Assembly: GCA_918797485.1 (NCBI GenBank)
Contig: CAKKNE010000002.1
Location: 5,084,001 to 5,148,000, forward strand
Reading direction: 5' to 3'
Source of the DNA: Pelagomonas calceolata
Taxonomy: Eukaryota
DNA length: 64,000 nt
Under the pieces are notes generated by a model that worked only from the letters and a program-made list of their open reading frames with translations, did not search any database and was not told where the DNA came from. This document shows, piece by piece, positions 1 to 9,784 of the stretch. Every line of letters starts with the position of its first letter. Within the stretch, counting starts at the first letter, position 1. The translations under genes were made by a program, and so were the position numbers.

Positions 1-386
1 CCGTCGGCCGACGGCCTCCCGACCACATTGAGGCACCGGTGGCCGTGGACGGCTCGAGCTTTTCTTATCCAATTCTCGAACTCCGCGTCGTTGACGCACT
101 TGTAGACGAGGCACTCCTTGCCGCTCGCCGCGCGGACCTCGGCCGCGTACGACGCGCTGTCCATGAGCTGGCGGAACGGGTACGGCCGCTCGGCGCCGCT
201 GCGCGACGGCTCGTCCTGGATGTCATACACAATAAAACCGTCCGACGCTAACACTCTAGATCGCGCCACGAATTTCGCAGCGATCGTCCGCGCGGCGTCC
301 GGCGTCGTGCTGTCCAGGGGCGGCGTGAGGCCGTGCAGGAAGGTCGGCCGCGAGGGGTCCTTGAGGGAGGCCTCCAACGAAGACAT
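1..386 (-). CDS. 5' part of a bacterial-type methylenetetrahydrofolate reductase-like FAD-linked oxidoreductase (runs off window start)
   Basis: Manual translation from ATG at 386: MSSLEASLKDPSRPTFLHGLTPP...DGFIVYDIQDEPSRSGAERPYPFRQLMDS...CLVYKCV. GLTPP / DG..vYDIQDE / RP(Y/F)PF motifs recalled from a bacterial MTHFR-like family. Not in the ORF track because it is open at the edge. Confidence 0.65.
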   Translation of the reverse strand, partial: MSSLEASLKDPSRPTFLHGLTPPLDSTTPDAARTIAAKFVARSRVLASDGFIVYDIQDEPSRSGAERPYPFRQLMDSASYAAEVRAASGKECLVYKCVNDAEFENWIRKARAVHGHRCLNVVGRPSAD

Positions 387-465
387 GCTGAGAGCTTCCG
401 AAACGTCTCTTCGATGGCAAAAGCACCGCTGCGACTGCTTGCAGCGTGTTGGCTTGCTTTTGTTG

Positions 466-485
466 CTAGTATGTCGATACGCTAG
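466..485 (+). promoter_or_regulatory. CTAG-bipartite intergenic motif copy (CTAGTATGTCGATACGCTAG)
   Basis: Between divergent MTHFR-like and OTU genes; matches the recurring consensus. Confidence 0.6.
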
Positions 486-620
486 CTCCTCTGCTCTCAG
501 TCCCTCAACGCCGCCAGCGCCGCCTCAGAGCCGAAGCAGAGTAAGCGAAGCATACCGGAAACACCACTGCCGTCCACCGCACGCTGCCGTCCACCGCACG
601 CCGGCGGGCAGCCCTCAGAC

Positions 621-1703
621 ATGGGCAGCCTCCAGCGCTCCAGCAGCCTCGGGAGAGCAGGCGAGAGCAGCCTCCAGACGGCGGCCCGGAAATATCTTGA
701 GCGAGAGCAGAAGCTCAAGAACTCGCCCTACGGGCGGCCCCTGGTCAAGAGCCGGTCGGACCCCGCTGCCATACGAAAACAGCGCTACTCGACCAGCAGC
801 TCCGAGATCGGCAGCGGCGTCGCGCGGCAGCAGCAGTCGAAGGCGAAGAAGCACCGGCAGCGCATGGAGGACGAGGCCTTCGCGCGGCAACTCTTGCTGC
901 GCGAGGGCCTCGAGGAGGACGCAGCTATAAAACGCGACGAGGCGCTCGCGCGCGAGCTCGCGAAGCGCGACATGACGCCGCCCGTATCAAGCGAAGGGCG
1001 CGAGCTGACGCCGCTCGCGCGCGAGCTGGCGAAGCGCGACGGACTGACGCCGCCCCAGGACGCCGGGCGCGAGCTGGCCAAGCGCGACGCGGCTCGGGCC
1101 CTGACGCCGCCCGGGTCCCGGGAGCTGACGCCGCCCCGAGCTTCAGACAAAGCGCTGAGCCTCGCGCGACGAGCAGATGTATTAAGGCCCAAGTCGGCGC
1201 GGCGGCGGACGCGGACGCCGTCGCCGCCGCCGGAAAAACTCAGAGACAAGCTTGTGGAGAGATTGCGCGATTTCGGATTACAAGAATTTGATGTCGCCGG
1301 CGACGGCAACTGCCAGTATCGCGCCCTCGCGCACCAGCTCTTTGATAATGTCGAGCTCCACGCGGACGTGCGGCGGACGGTCTGCCGGCAGCTCGCCGCG
1401 GAGGCGGACCGCTACCGCGGCTTCGTCGCGACGGAAGACGACGTGGACTACGAAGCGTGGGTGGCCCGCATGGCGTGCGCGGGCGAGTGGGGCGACCACG
1501 TTACCTTACAAGCTGCCGCCGACGCCTACGGCACGCGCATCTGTCTGGTGACGTCGTATGAGGACCGGGGAATTTTGCGCGTGGAGCCGGCGGAACCAAT
1601 TGAGGGGGAGGAGCCGCGGACGGCGTGGCTCGCCTTCTGGGCCGAGATCCACTACTCGTCCATCGTGCCCATGTGCGAGGCCGTCGCGGAGGCGCCCGGG
1701 TAA
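621..1703 (+). CDS. OTU-family deubiquitinase (OTU-like cysteine protease)
   Basis: DGNCQYRALAHQL (catalytic D/C), GEWGDHVTLQAAADAYG, FWAEIHYSS (catalytic H); N-terminal RELAKRD/RELTP repeats. Confidence 0.9.
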   Translation: MGSLQRSSSLGRAGESSLQTAARKYLEREQKLKNSPYGRPLVKSRSDPAAIRKQRYSTSSSEIGSGVARQQQSKAKKHRQRMEDEAFARQLLLREGLEEDAAIKRDEALARELAKRDMTPPVSSEGRELTPLARELAKRDGLTPPQDAGRELAKRDAARALTPPGSRELTPPRASDKALSLARRADVLRPKSARRRTRTPSPPPEKLRDKLVERLRDFGLQEFDVAGDGNCQYRALAHQLFDNVELHADVRRTVCRQLAAEADRYRGFVATEDDVDYEAWVARMACAGEWGDHVTLQAAADAYGTRICLVTSYEDRGILRVEPAEPIEGEEPRTAWLAFWAEIHYSSIVPMCEAVAEAPG

Positions 1704-1775
1704 GTACTGGTCGTTGTTATTCTTTCGTCTTCGCGTCGCGTCGACGGCGTCCTACTCCTGCAAGAAAACTCGGAG

Positions 1776-1796
1776 CTAGCGTAATCGACATACTAG
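1776..1796 (-). promoter_or_regulatory. CTAG-bipartite motif copy (rc CTAGTATGTCGATTACGCTAG)
   Basis: Near-identical inverted copy of 466-485; borders the unexplained 1.8-3.2 kb region. Confidence 0.55.
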
Positions 1797-2253
1797 CAAA
1801 TTCAAAGATACGCCTCAATGGCGTCAAACGAATGACCCAAATTCAGAATACATCCTAGTCGTTCGCCGAGACCAAATATTTGAGAGTAGCGGTCCGGGAA
1901 CATACCCTCGCGCCTCCCGGAAGGCACCGCCCGTGACATTCGCGGATGAGTCTTACGAGTTTCCAAAGTACACCAGCGCTTGGCGCCGCCATCTACCATC
2001 CGAATAGTACATTATATCAACTCCAGCTCAGTTTTCATCCACAATCGACGGAACCGGAGCCGACGGCCCGCGCTCGGAGGACGGGAGAAGAGTTCTACTA
2101 GACAACTCCCGAGTTTATGTTCGTTTCCTTCCGTTTGTTAGTGGTAGAGTCCATCTAACCCGCATCAGCGCCCACTGAGCTATTTTAGATGACCCGTTAG
2201 AGCCGCGCGATTCGTCATCTTCGCGACCACGCGTTTGTACACAGAGTGGCTCA

Positions 2254-2630
2254 GAACCTGGACCCGCGGGTATCAGCGACGACACCATCCAGATGGACCA
2301 TAACGCCGTTGTTCTATTCACAATCGACCGACTTGCCCGTTCTCCGCGGACGACGGTGCGTACACGGGGCACTGAATTGGCCCCAGACCGGTGGGTTATA
2401 TAATAAATTCGCGTTTCAGGCGCTTCGGTTATGGGATGGGCCAGATAACCGGCCTGAGCGTGTACTACATTGCTCCGAGACCCAAAGATGCTCGGCGCGG
2501 GTCGTCGGTCTCCCGGGCCCACGATCTATCAAAGACGAGCATCATACTTGAACCTGCGACCATCAGCCCGTGTACCATCACCATGGACCATGACGCGATC
2601 ATTTGTTCCATGATCGACCGACTTGCGCGA
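2254..2630. repeat. Diverged direct repeat, units ~2254-2340 and ~2550-2630 (period ~290 bp), weaker unit ~1995-2050
   Basis: Shared GAACCTG..ATCAGC..ACCATC..ATGGACCAT.ACGC..ATCGACCGACTTGC in both main units. Confidence 0.7.
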
Positions 2631-3318
2631 GGTCCAGATCAAGATGTTCACGTCCCGAGCGTGGTCGGCCCAAAGTACCCTTCTCGTGGTGTAGATGTCA
2701 TATACTTGTAATTGACTATCGCTGGGGTAGTATGGGGTCCGACGAGACCGCTACGGCGACTACTGGGGCCCCTCGGGTAATTGGCGTTTTTGACGGGAAC
2801 GGGGCGCCATCGGGTCCAAATAAAACAATTTTTGTGCGGGCAGATCGGCTCCTGGAGGTCTCTCGGGGTAGGTCTAGTGGTGGGTAGTCGCCTACGCTGC
2901 ATGCGCCAGCGCTGGGGCTCCCCAGAGAGCTCTGGATCCAAAACTTGGGGGAATTGGGCTCTGGCCCGATGTCTGGCTGAGAGAGTTGCCCACATGTATC
3001 TATCGATGGAAGCCGCCGCGCATGCGGCGTATGCGGTTGCGTACGTCTTGTACCATCCCTCAGCGGCCCCAGGGAGACCTCGGGGCCACGAATCGACAGG
3101 ATTCCATCGACGCGCCCGCCATGGCGGCGTCGTCAATATCGCGAATTAAAAAAAATATTTTTTTCGCCCCCCAGGAAGTGTACCATTGATCTCTTTGGAC
3201 CACTAGCGAACTGAACGACACTCAAACACTTGCGTGGCGTGTTTTCTAAAATTCAAATTAAACGGCGGGTTGGTCCCGCCATCGAGCTCTAGATACGCCA
3301 TCGCGCAGAAACCAACAA

Positions 3319-4593
3319 CTATGTTTTTAGCCTACTCCGCAGCTGCTCCGCGAGGTCCAGCATGCCGTCCTCCGGGTCCGCGTCCGCGCCGAGGTCCCCC
3401 AACAGCGCTTCATACCTCAGAAAGTGCGTTCGAGCGTCCTCCACTTTACCTTGATTGAACAGAGTGGCGGCGTAGTTCAAGCGACACGTGTGGTCGTCTT
3501 TCAGTTTGAGCGACTTCTCAAACGCCAAATACGCGTTCTCCAGGTCATCCATCGCGGACAAAGCCACGCCCATGTACATGTAGCAGGGCGCATAATCCTT
3601 CTTCCGATTCACGGCCGCATTGAAGAAGTGAAACGCCGACGCGTGCTGCTTCGTATGTAAATGTACCAAGCCTAGGTTGAACGCCACGATCCACTCGAAC
3701 GGATCGAGGTAGTGCGCCTTCTTCAGACAAGAGATCGCGGCGATGTTCTTGCCTTTCCCGAACAGGGCCATGCCCACGTTGTTCCATAATTGGGGAGAGT
3801 CTGGTGTTTGGGCCGCGGCGACCCTATACTTATGCAGGGCCACGTCCATGTCGCGATTATCCTGTATGATACTACCGACCGCCAGTATAGCTTTGACATT
3901 CCTAGGATCATGGGTCAGCGCATTACCCAAATAGTCGAAGGCTCTTTGATGATCATCCAATCGCAAATATGCCAATCCTATGGTAGTGAGTAACTCGGGG
4001 CTCTCCGGCGAGAAGTCCAGCGCGTCCTGGTAGACTTTGAGAGCGGCGGTGGGGTCGCCCCGCTCCTCGTGGACCTTGCCTAGCTGCAGGAAGGTGGCGT
4101 CGTGCCGTTGGTTGGCGTTGGCTCGTTCGAACGCATTGATGGCTTCATCGAACTGCTTCAAATACGCATGGCATAATCCAGAATTGTGCCAGAGCTCCCA
4201 GTCGTCGCCGCCCTTACTTCTTCTAGAGGACTTCTCCTCGCCCTTGGCCTCCTCGCGCGTCTTGCGCAGCTCCGCGCTCAACGACCGCGCCTGCTCGTAG
4301 ACGCCGAGCGCCGCTTTGTGCTTCCCCAGCAAGTACAGCGAGTGGCCGACCTGCTTGAGATTCCTCACGTTGGAGGGATTCAAACAAGTTGCGGCCTGGA
4401 AGAGCTCGAGCGCCTGCTGGATCTCGCCGCGCTGTCTTGTTATGAGTGCTTTCACATATAAAGGGTACTCGTTCAACCCGTTCGACGCCGTCAGAGCTTT
4501 CTCCACCACCGCTAAGCACTCGTCGAACTCGTTGCGCGCGTAGAGCTGCGCGATGCGCCAGTTGTGCTGCTCCGGTGGGGCGGCGCCGGCCAT
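3319..4593 (-). CDS. BBS4: Bardet-Biedl syndrome 4 protein (BBSome TPR subunit)
   Basis: EQHNWRIAQLYAR..EYPLYVKALITRQRGEIQQALELFQ, DVALHKYRVAA..PDSPQLWNNVGM, AAISCLKKAHYLDPFEW; start placed at ATG 4593. Confidence 0.93.
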   Translation of the reverse strand: MAGAAPPEQHNWRIAQLYARNEFDECLAVVEKALTASNGLNEYPLYVKALITRQRGEIQQALELFQAATCLNPSNVRNLKQVGHSLYLLGKHKAALGVYEQARSLSAELRKTREEAKGEEKSSRRSKGGDDWELWHNSGLCHAYLKQFDEAINAFERANANQRHDATFLQLGKVHEERGDPTAALKVYQDALDFSPESPELLTTIGLAYLRLDDHQRAFDYLGNALTHDPRNVKAILAVGSIIQDNRDMDVALHKYRVAAAQTPDSPQLWNNVGMALFGKGKNIAAISCLKKAHYLDPFEWIVAFNLGLVHLHTKQHASAFHFFNAAVNRKKDYAPCYMYMGVALSAMDDLENAYLAFEKSLKLKDDHTCRLNYAATLFNQGKVEDARTHFLRYEALLGDLGADADPEDGMLDLAEQLRSRLKT

Positions 4594-4806
4594 CCGTACT
4601 GGTGGGGCAGCCTCGGTCGTCGAGTGCTGTCGTCGACGGCGTGCGGAATTGACCACTGGCTGCCCGCGTGCGCGTGCTGCGTGTGCTTTTAACAACACAC
4701 TGGCAGCTTGTCTTGGAGATGTTTTTGGCTCGTACGCGCTGCTAGCGAGGAGTCCTCGCCGAGCTATGGATTGCTTCGAGCAACTTATATGTGTCCGCGC
4801 TGTTTG

Positions 4807-4827
4807 CTAGTATCTTACAGCCGCTAC
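4807..4827 (+). promoter_or_regulatory. CTAG-bipartite motif variant (CTAGTATCTTACAGCCGCTAC)
   Basis: Between divergent BBS4 and MFS genes; last base deviates. Confidence 0.55.
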
Positions 4828-5011
4828 ATAGTCCGAACTTTCAGGCGCGGGACGCGGCATAGCGCATTCCTCGCGCTTAAAACGGTGTTTCCCGTGCACA
4901 CGCATGCTGCTGCTGCTGCCCTGCGAGCGCTGCCTGCATCTAGCAGCGCAACCGTAACGTTGGCGATTACAGCACCAGTGAACAGCAGCACCAGTGAATC
5001 TGTCCGCAGCC

Positions 5012-7075
5012 ATGGCCGACGAGAAGAAGGACGACATCACAGCCTTCGCGAAAGCACGGCTGCAGGACCCGTCGCCCAGGAAAGCGCGACGGCAAGGCCG
5101 CCACCGGAACTCGCACAGCACGACGGCCGTCCCCGAGCTCTGGCTTAGAGTGAGCGAGCGGCGCGCGGACCACTTCGAGGAGGACTGCGAGGTGGAAGGC
5201 GACGACTGGTACTTCTCCGGCCCCTATTCGGCCGAAAGCTCTTCCCTCCGAGCGGAGGCGGAACGTAGTCCTCGATTGGATTTTGGGGGAAGACCCTCAC
5301 CGGGCTACCACGCTTTATTGTATGGCGCTTTGAGGGACGGCTCGGCGTCGCCGATGACGCCCCATACCATCGTAAGAGTATCAAGAAGACGATGGTTGAT
5401 GTTGGCTTATCTATCGTTACTAGCTCTACTCTCAGATTGGATCTGCTTCTCGGCGGCACCCATAGCGCCTCTGGTGAGGCGGAACTTCCGGGTCCACGAC
5501 GCGCATTTGGTGACGTGTTTTCTCGCCACAAATGTCATTTTCTGTCTACTGGAACCGTCGGTGGTCAAAGTGTGCGGTTTGAGAGTAGCGGTCGTCGGCG
5601 GCGCCCTCGCGATGGCTCTTGGTTGTTTACTACGAAGCGCGGCGGCGGAGGTCGCGGTCTACGAGCAGGCTTACCTGTCGGACGACGACGACTCGTTATC
5701 CCTAGATATGGCTCCTGGGTATTTAGTAGTAGCAGGCACCATGCTCGTCGGCGCGGCGCAGCCCTTCTTCCAGTGCACGCCTTCCTTACTAGCTGCCAAC
5801 TGGTTCGGCGAGTCGGAAACAACTCTAGCCGCTACGTTAGCACTAAACAGCAATCAGTTGGGCATCGCTCTAGCGTATGCGGTCGGTGCGGGTCTAGTCC
5901 GGACGGACGCGGATCTAGCTTTATATTTTAGAGGATTGGCTGTGTTTGGCTGTCTGTTGTTTATTGGGTGCGCGGCTCATTTCCGGTCCTTACCAAAGAA
6001 AGCACCGTCACTCGCGCAGATGGCGGCCTTGAAGCGCGCCAAGGATCTAGAAGAACGGAGACGATGCTTCGACGCGCTGCGACGGGCCGAATTGGGAGGA
6101 ACGCCCAAGGTCGTTCCCGAGAAGACGTCGTCGTCGAACCTATCACTCCTCGAGAGGCGAGTCTACGGCAAGCCCATCACGCACTGGTTGGTCCATGGGC
6201 GGCAGCTGGGGCACGGTGCCTTGGACCTCGGGACGGATTTGTTACGGTCTTCATTACGGTTGTGGTCGTCGTCGGGGTTCCGAGGATGTCTGATAGCGTT
6301 TGTTTCTTCCATAGCGTCTACGAACTTGTTTTCCGCCTTCTTGCCTCATCTCGTGTATGAGGGAGAAGGGAGCGCGGTCGATTTAGGATTGGTGGCGCCG
6401 CAGAAGTCGCGGCACCAAGCCACACGAGTCGCGGCGCTGGGGTCGGCGTTCCAGGTCGCTATTCTACTAGGTTCACTAACTTTCGGCGGCTACGTCGACT
6501 GGTCCAAGCGCTACAAGACGGCTACTGGATTGGCTATGATTGGTACCGTAGTAGCGCTGTTATTCATCGGGGACGGCGCGGTCGTGCGCCAGCGCCTAGA
6601 TTGTACTGTCCTACTATTAGGCTGTCTCGCGGGCCCCGTCCAGCCGTTAGCGGCGGAGTTAGCGGTAGAAGTGACCTATCCGGAGGGAGACGAGAACACG
6701 ATCGTCGCCCTGATGCAAACGGCTGGCAATGGCATCAGCGCGCTGGCGGTGCCGGCGTTCCTTGCGTTGCAGCGCTTCTACCGCGCGCGGACGACGGATT
6801 ACCAGTTGCGGGTGGAGTATTTGGTGCTGGCGTTGTTGAATGCTCTTGCGACGGGCTACTTCCTCTGCCGCGTCTACGGAGAACCCCTGAAACGGTGCGC
6901 GGCCAACCAGTCGCGACCGGCGTCGCGCGCCACGACGCCGGTCGAGAACGGCGCCGAGGACACGCCGACGGCGGAGCTGCGTGGTCGGAGGCCTTCGGTG
7001 GACTTCCTGCCGATCGCTTCGAATCAACGGGGCGTCTCGGACGGGTACGGGTCCACGCAAAAGATGTCGCTGTGA
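5012..7075 (+). CDS. MFS transporter, FLVCR/SLC49-like
   Basis: RRWLMLAYLSLL, AQPFFQCTPSLLAANWFGESETTLA, ELAVEVTYP; multiple hydrophobic TM segments. Confidence 0.85.
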   Translation: MADEKKDDITAFAKARLQDPSPRKARRQGRHRNSHSTTAVPELWLRVSERRADHFEEDCEVEGDDWYFSGPYSAESSSLRAEAERSPRLDFGGRPSPGYHALLYGALRDGSASPMTPHTIVRVSRRRWLMLAYLSLLALLSDWICFSAAPIAPLVRRNFRVHDAHLVTCFLATNVIFCLLEPSVVKVCGLRVAVVGGALAMALGCLLRSAAAEVAVYEQAYLSDDDDSLSLDMAPGYLVVAGTMLVGAAQPFFQCTPSLLAANWFGESETTLAATLALNSNQLGIALAYAVGAGLVRTDADLALYFRGLAVFGCLLFIGCAAHFRSLPKKAPSLAQMAALKRAKDLEERRRCFDALRRAELGGTPKVVPEKTSSSNLSLLERRVYGKPITHWLVHGRQLGHGALDLGTDLLRSSLRLWSSSGFRGCLIAFVSSIASTNLFSAFLPHLVYEGEGSAVDLGLVAPQKSRHQATRVAALGSAFQVAILLGSLTFGGYVDWSKRYKTATGLAMIGTVVALLFIGDGAVVRQRLDCTVLLLGCLAGPVQPLAAELAVEVTYPEGDENTIVALMQTAGNGISALAVPAFLALQRFYRARTTDYQLRVEYLVLALLNALATGYFLCRVYGEPLKRCAANQSRPASRATTPVENGAEDTPTAELRGRRPSVDFLPIASNQRGVSDGYGSTQKMSL

Positions 7076-7149
7076 CTGATGTGGTATCTGATATGTAAAT
7101 TATGTATATTGCAAACTCCTTGCTTACATCACCCGGAAAAGTGCTGAGG

Positions 7150-7171
7150 CTAGAGTCTTACATGCCGCTGG
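7150..7171 (+). promoter_or_regulatory. Degenerate CTAG-bipartite motif (CTAGAGTCTTACATGCCGCTGG)
   Basis: About 200 bp upstream of the ubiquitin-like gene; deviates in both half-sites. Confidence 0.4.
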
Positions 7172-7377
7172 CACATTATTGGCAGCCGCAGTGGAGACCG
7201 TGCGTCCTATACGGCGCACTGATTGACTGGCGCTTCGGAACGCCAACACATCGATCGCTGCGTGCCGCGCGCCCAGCGAAATCCAGCTTGTTCCATCCCT
7301 GCGGTGCAAAAAACGCTCAGTGACCCTGCAGACCGACTGCACCAAAATACGGCATCAGAGAGCGGCGCAGCAGAAAG

Positions 7378-8679
7378 ATGCAGATATTCGTCAAGCCGTA
7401 CGACCGCACGCTGACCCTCGACGTCCGGCCGTCCGACACCGTCGCTATCGTGAAAGGCATGATCCAACACCGGACCGCAGATATGATTATACTCGACGAG
7501 GCTATTCCAGCCCACAAGATGTGCCTCGCCTACGCGGCCAAACCGCTCGCCGAGGACTATCGGACGCTAGCGGATTACGGCGTCCGGAATCTAGCCACGC
7601 TCACCTTTGGAATCAACGTGTCCGCAAAGCCGCCGCAAGCTCGTCACGTGCTGTACCTCGATTATCCCACCGACCGGAAGGCGTTCTCGTCGGATTGCTT
7701 CTACGATGTCGAGCTTGACACGAGTGTCCGGGACCTGAAGCGGATGGTCCTGCTCAAGGATAATATCGTTATTACTCGCATGTTCGATATATTTAGGGAT
7801 GGTAGCAATCGCACGGAGCTGAAGATTGGCGGCGTTATACTGGAAGCCATACTTTCGGATCACGCGCGCGAGAACACGCTGCCAACGCTTAAGGTAACTC
7901 ACTTCTCGCGGCGCGCGCGCGCCTCAAGAAATGTGACTCGACTCGCCACGGACCTCTTGCGCGAGGTGCTCTCGTACAGCGACTTGCGGATGCTTGCTGC
8001 GAGCGCCTCGACGTGTCGCACGCTCCGCGAGGCCATCCCGCCGAAGTTCGCGCACGAGCTGGTCCTGGCGCGGTTCCCGATCCTGTCGACGATCGTCGAC
8101 GTGTCCACACCGATGCCGCCGGCGCGGGAGCTGTTCGAGTCGCAGACGCGCCTCTTCGACGGTGTTCGGCGCGTCTCGCCGATGCGCGGCCTGGACGAAT
8201 ATGTCTTCTCGCTCGAGCTCACGGTCTATGCTCGACGGGAGGCCTTGTGCCACGTGGGCACCGGCGTGGTGGTCGAAGACTCGTCGGAGCCGCGGATTCG
8301 CTTTGACGTGCCAACGGCTCTGTGGATAGGAGCTGTTGACGAGTCAGGACCTGAACTCATGGTGAAAATCATGGCGACGCGGCGGGGGACATTCCGACGA
8401 GCAGGAATCTACGAGGGCGGTCTGGACGATGTAGTGGAGAATGAAATTGATTTTGCTTGGAATCACGCCCCGACCCAAACTGCGTCTCAGACGTGGATCA
8501 CACTCGGCGTCAATAATAACATAGTCTACAGCCCGATGATGGATGTCAAATGGCATTACTCGCCCGAGGCTGGAACGTGCGAGCTCATCGCTAAGTTTAG
8601 GTGGGACGCGGAAGACGACGTTATTGACATGAGCCTCGAGGACGCGTGCCTCATGCTCGAGCACTGGTGTAAGTTGTGA
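7378..8679 (+). CDS. Ubiquitin-like domain(s) plus F-box-like protein
   Basis: MQIFVKPYDRTLTLDVRPSDTVAIVKGMIQ..RTLADYGV; second Ubl-like stretch (DVELDTSVRDLKRMV); LATDLLREVLSYSDLRMLAASASTCRTLR F-box-like. Confidence 0.7.
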   Translation: MQIFVKPYDRTLTLDVRPSDTVAIVKGMIQHRTADMIILDEAIPAHKMCLAYAAKPLAEDYRTLADYGVRNLATLTFGINVSAKPPQARHVLYLDYPTDRKAFSSDCFYDVELDTSVRDLKRMVLLKDNIVITRMFDIFRDGSNRTELKIGGVILEAILSDHARENTLPTLKVTHFSRRARASRNVTRLATDLLREVLSYSDLRMLAASASTCRTLREAIPPKFAHELVLARFPILSTIVDVSTPMPPARELFESQTRLFDGVRRVSPMRGLDEYVFSLELTVYARREALCHVGTGVVVEDSSEPRIRFDVPTALWIGAVDESGPELMVKIMATRRGTFRRAGIYEGGLDDVVENEIDFAWNHAPTQTASQTWITLGVNNNIVYSPMMDVKWHYSPEAGTCELIAKFRWDAEDDVIDMSLEDACLMLEHWCKL

Positions 8680-8788
8680 TCTTGTATAGGCTTTTGTTTG
8701 TTGGGTTGTTTCTGTTACGGTTACCATATTCCGTCGACGACGGGGTATTTACGGTGCTGGGACCAGTGGCACAAGTCTTGTATTTTTG

Positions 8789-8810
8789 CTAGTGTCTTAC
8801 AGGACGCTAG
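8789..8810 (+). promoter_or_regulatory. CTAG-bipartite motif copy (CTAGTGTCTTACAGGACGCTAG)
   Basis: About 115 bp upstream of the YrdC ATG. Confidence 0.65.
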
Positions 8811-8923
8811 ATAACTCGGTGATGCAAACGTGATGCACATACGTCCGACAGCTTTAAAACGTTTATCAATAGCTGAAACACACTAATACCTCGCCCGACG
8901 CTCGCGCGGAAGGCTCGGCAGCA

Positions 8924-9688
8924 ATGCCACGCCTCTCCGCTCTCGTCCTGCTGCTTTCCACGCCAACCACGCATGCGCTCGCGGCTGCCAAGCGGCGCAA
9001 GCCCTCGAAGCCCAAGACGAGCGAGCCGGACTACATTGACATCCAGGACGGCGACGTCGCGTGGCAGTGCGAGTCCGTCGTTGAAACGCTGAAGAGCGGC
9101 GGCGTCGGCGTGATTCCCACGGACACGGGCTACGCCTTCTGCGCGCGCGTGAATGAGAAGGACGCGGTGCGACGCCTGCTGGATATCAAAGGAGCCGACT
9201 CGGGGAAGAAGCCTCTGGCACTGCTGTGCCGCGACCTGGCGGCAATCGACCAGTACACGCGCTACCAGTCGCGGACCATCTTCAAGGTCTTGAAAAAGGC
9301 GCTGCCCGGGCCCTACACGTTCGTGCTGCCCGCGTCGGAACATCTGCCGCGGGTCCTCCTGAAGAACGGCAAGCGCCAGTGGAAGCGGAACACGGTCGGC
9401 GTGCGCGTGCCGGCCGACGCCGTCTGCGCGGCGATCCTGGAGGCGCTGGACGGCGAGCCGCTCTTCTGCTCGTCCGTGCCGGTGTCCGAGGACGGCGACC
9501 AGCTCGTCTGCCACGGGCCGCTTGATGAGGACGGGAGCTGGTGCTCGCTCGTGGATTTCGTGGTGGACGCCGGGCCGCGGCCAATCGAAGGGTCGACGAT
9601 CTACGACCTGGCGGCGGACGACGGACCGGTTTTAGTGCGCGAGCGCCTCGGGCCGCCGATCCCGGAGCTGGATCTGGTCGTCGCGTGA
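8924..9688 (+). CDS. YrdC/Sua5-domain (threonylcarbamoyl-AMP synthase/YciO-like) protein with signal peptide, probably plastid-targeted
   Basis: GGVGVIPTDTGYAF, KKPLALLC, LPGPYTFVL, TVGVRVP, GSTIYDL; hydrophobic N-terminus. Confidence 0.9.
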   Translation: MPRLSALVLLLSTPTTHALAAAKRRKPSKPKTSEPDYIDIQDGDVAWQCESVVETLKSGGVGVIPTDTGYAFCARVNEKDAVRRLLDIKGADSGKKPLALLCRDLAAIDQYTRYQSRTIFKVLKKALPGPYTFVLPASEHLPRVLLKNGKRQWKRNTVGVRVPADAVCAAILEALDGEPLFCSSVPVSEDGDQLVCHGPLDEDGSWCSLVDFVVDAGPRPIEGSTIYDLAADDGPVLVRERLGPPIPELDLVVA

Positions 9689-9784
9689 ATCATTGTGTAG
9701 ATAGTTGTAATTTAGTCGTATTCGACTCATGCGGCGACGGCGTTGGGCGGCTAGCATCATTCTAGTTTACTAGTAGACTTCTAC

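Noticed and set aside
118..930. 270-aa plus-strand ORF
   Set aside because: Shadow of the minus-strand MTHFR-like gene and an alternative frame of the OTU gene.
1700..1764. GTAAGT donor overlapping the OTU stop codon (also at 27288)
   Set aside because: The OTU domain is already complete and no convincing downstream exon is visible for either gene.
2250..2610. tRNA genes (GGTCGCAGGTTCAAGT and A-box-like text on the minus strand)
   Set aside because: T-stem and acceptor stem do not pair; kept only as a hypothesis in the island finding.
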